From Eledone cirrhosa (lineage: Eukaryota): a stretch of 64,000 bases of DNA. The stretch covers positions 5,890,001-5,954,000 of the forward strand of contig OZ024764.1 of assembly GCA_964016885.1 (NCBI GenBank), given 5' to 3'. The notes under the pieces are model-generated. The model was not told the DNA's origin and made no database searches. It saw only the letters and a list, made by a program, of their open reading frames with translations. A program made the position numbers and the translations under genes. This document shows, piece by piece, positions 61,481 to 64,000 of this stretch. Position 1 is the stretch's first letter, and each line of letters opens with the position of its first letter.

Positions 61481-62189
61481 ATATATATATATACAGAGTG
61501 TCCCCCCAAAAATGAATACACACTTCAACATCAGTGTAATAAATATTGCCTGTACAGGTAATCAGAATATGTATACATGTATTTAGACAGCCTGTGTATA
61601 TAAAATATTCTATACACATGCTGAAGTTTGCAATTTATCCCATCAGTCTGGCTGTTTTTCTGGAACAGTGTGGATATTGTCTTTCAGAAAGTACAGATAG
61701 CTTGACACACATACATAGAGAGAGACACACACACATACATAGAGAGAGACACACACATACATAGAGAGAGACACACACACATACATAGAGAGAGACACAC
61801 ACACACATATATAGAGAGAGACACATATATAGAGAGAGACACACACACATACATAGAGACACACACACACATACATAGAGAGAGACACACACACATATAT
61901 AGAGAGACACACACACATACATAGAGAGAGACACACACCCATACATAGAGAGAGACACACACACATACATAGAGAGAGACACACACACACATATATAGAG
62001 AGAGACACACACACATACATAGAGAGAGACACACACACATACATAGAGAGACACACACACATACATAGAGAGACACACACATACATAGAGAGAGACACAC
62101 ACACATACATAAAGAGAGACACACACACATACATAGAGAGACACAGTCACACACACATATATATAGAGACAGACACACATATATACATG

Positions 62190-62221
<32 letters not shown>

Positions 62222-62464
62222 CACACAGTCACACATATATATATGTATATATATAGATAGATATATAGAGACACAGTCACACACACATATATAGAGAGAC
62301 AGACACATATATATACATGTATATATAGATATATAGAGACACAGTCACACACACACACATATTTATAGAGAGACAGACACATATATATATATACATATAT
62401 ATAGAGAGAGAGACAGTCACACACATATATAGAGAGACAGACACACACACAGAGAGTCAGTTAG

Positions 62465-62499
<35 letters not shown>

Positions 62500-62604
62500 T
62501 ATATGTAGAGAGAGAGTCACACACACAGATAGTCACATACAAACACACACACACACACACACAGATAGTCACATACAAACACACACATTATATATATATA
62601 TATA

Positions 62605-63450
62605 CTAGCAGATTTACTCGGCGTTGCCCAGGGTTTGAAATTATGCTAAGAATATACAGCTAGGAAGTAAAAGAAGAAAAATATTTGTCCCCAGCCTGTC
62701 AAAATAAGCAGAAGTCTTCAATAAATAATTGTTTCTACTTTTGGCACAAGACCTGCAATTACCCAGCACATTACTGGTACTTTAATTTATCGACCCTGTA
62801 AGGATGAAAGGCAAAGTTAACCTTGGCGGGATTTGAACTCAGATCGTAAAGGGACGTAACTATGCTGGAAAGCATGGCGTCCGACCCTCTACCGATACTG
62901 CCAATAATGCAAACGAATATTTAGTGCAATCTTTGTACACATAAAACTATGTTGACAATGAAGGAAAACACTGAACAGGATGTAGTTATACAAATGATTA
63001 AAGACAATACATGTTGCAAATTTGTAAAAAAAACAGGCAGTTTTGCTAAAGTACAAAAAGTTGTAATGAAAGCAGAGTTGTATACAAACAAAAAAACAAT
63101 GAGAGTAGAATAAGAGAAAATGTATTCTTTGAGAGCATCCTTTGCTGTGTATGGTTAAATTTTGAACTTATAATCCAAAATATCCTGCATGACATATTCA
63201 TTGAAAGTCCCATAAGGATTTTGTTTTGATTGATTTCTACCTTACACCATGCATTTTAGAAAAAATAATTTTGCTATTGATTTTTTATTGCTCAACGTGA
63301 GTCGATTTGAAAATTTTTTGTGATGTGACCATCTTAGCGACAGGTGCAACGTGCACAGAAAATTTGGTCAAATTCGGTTGGGGATTGTAAAAGCCTTAGC
63401 TGTCCAAAGTTGTCCACAGACACACACATATCCTCGCTTTTATATATATA
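62605..63450 (-). mobile_element. Helitron-like non-autonomous element, interrupted by a SINE at about 62725-62905
   Basis: Minus strand ends with GC hairpin-like CCCTGGGCAACGCCGAG then CTAG|T; begins TATATATAAAAGCGAG...GTGTGTCTGT. Confidence 0.55.
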
Positions 63451-63540
63451 TATGTAAACAATAAACAAAAATAACAAAGCAAACAAGACAGTACATTGAA
63501 GAAATATATTAGTTTAACACTTGAAATAATTAGAAAAGAG

Positions 63541-63576
63541 TCTTAACGTTTCGGACACTAGTCCTTCGTCAGATGA
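63541..63576 (-). ncRNA. Minimal type I hammerhead motif, second copy of the 49845 family
   Basis: Minus strand reads TCAT-CTGACGA-A-GGAC-TAGT-GTCC-GAAACGTT-AAGA; one mismatch in stem I. Confidence 0.72.
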
Positions 63577-64000
63577 TAGAGTGAGAAATAAAGGATGAAA
63601 TAGGAAGATAGAGAATGGAATGAGAAAGGAATGGAAAAAAAATGAGAAAGAAATACACTTGTGTATTTAGTCAGCCATTTTGTATATATATATATATATA
63701 TATATATAACGAAGGAAATGTGGTAAGGAACCAGATGGACCATAATGCACCAAAGTACTCAATACTTAGGGTAGTAGAGTGGGTAATAGGAACAAGTATG
63801 ACCCCGACGGCAGAGCTCTAGCCGTTTCGACGGCTAATTCTGGACTAAATAAGAATTTTTAGCCTGGTAAATAAATAGCCAAACTTCTCAGGGGGTAATT
63901 CCATATATGGTAAAAAAGTGATTGTCACAAGGATTGGTCAAAAGTTTGTTGTTAAGATATATGATTCTATCATGGCATTTTGTGGAAGGTAGGGGTAGCT

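Noticed and set aside
61493-61594. Possible small Tc1/mariner MITE (TA-CAGAGTGTCC...GACAGCCTG)
   Set aside because: Inverted repeats too degenerate to call with confidence
52545-64000. Upstream NUP88 exons
   Set aside because: No segment with splice sites and NUP88-like translation recognised; candidates near 57600, 61640 and 63900 did not fit

Overview
Animal (eukaryotic) genomic DNA, very rich in repeats. The (TA)n/(CA)n/(ATG)n microsatellites and the SINE and RTE families resemble octopus/cephalopod DNA (inference). The only supportable protein-coding gene is the 3' part of nucleoporin NUP88 on the minus strand: 11 GT-AG exons from 52544 down to the stop at 9597, all phase-compatible, about 462 codons, with AATAAA at 9287-9292; its 5' exons lie beyond the window or were not recognised. 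Almost all ORFs in the supplied track are translations of satellites. The introns hold tRNA-derived SINEs, RTE and CR1 LINE fragments, TTAA piggyBac-type MITEs, a Tigger-like MITE, a Helitron-like element and about 15 minisatellites. Main hidden structure: (1) about nine type I hammerhead ribozyme motifs from several unrelated families, inside fold-back elements in (TA)n tracts, typical of Penelope-like retroelement pseudo-LTRs, one of them split by a MITE in its loop II; (2) two NUP88 3' splice sites that have been duplicated or tandemly amplified into upstream decoy acceptors; (3) most minisatellites are in-place amplifications of an internal piece of a transposon.
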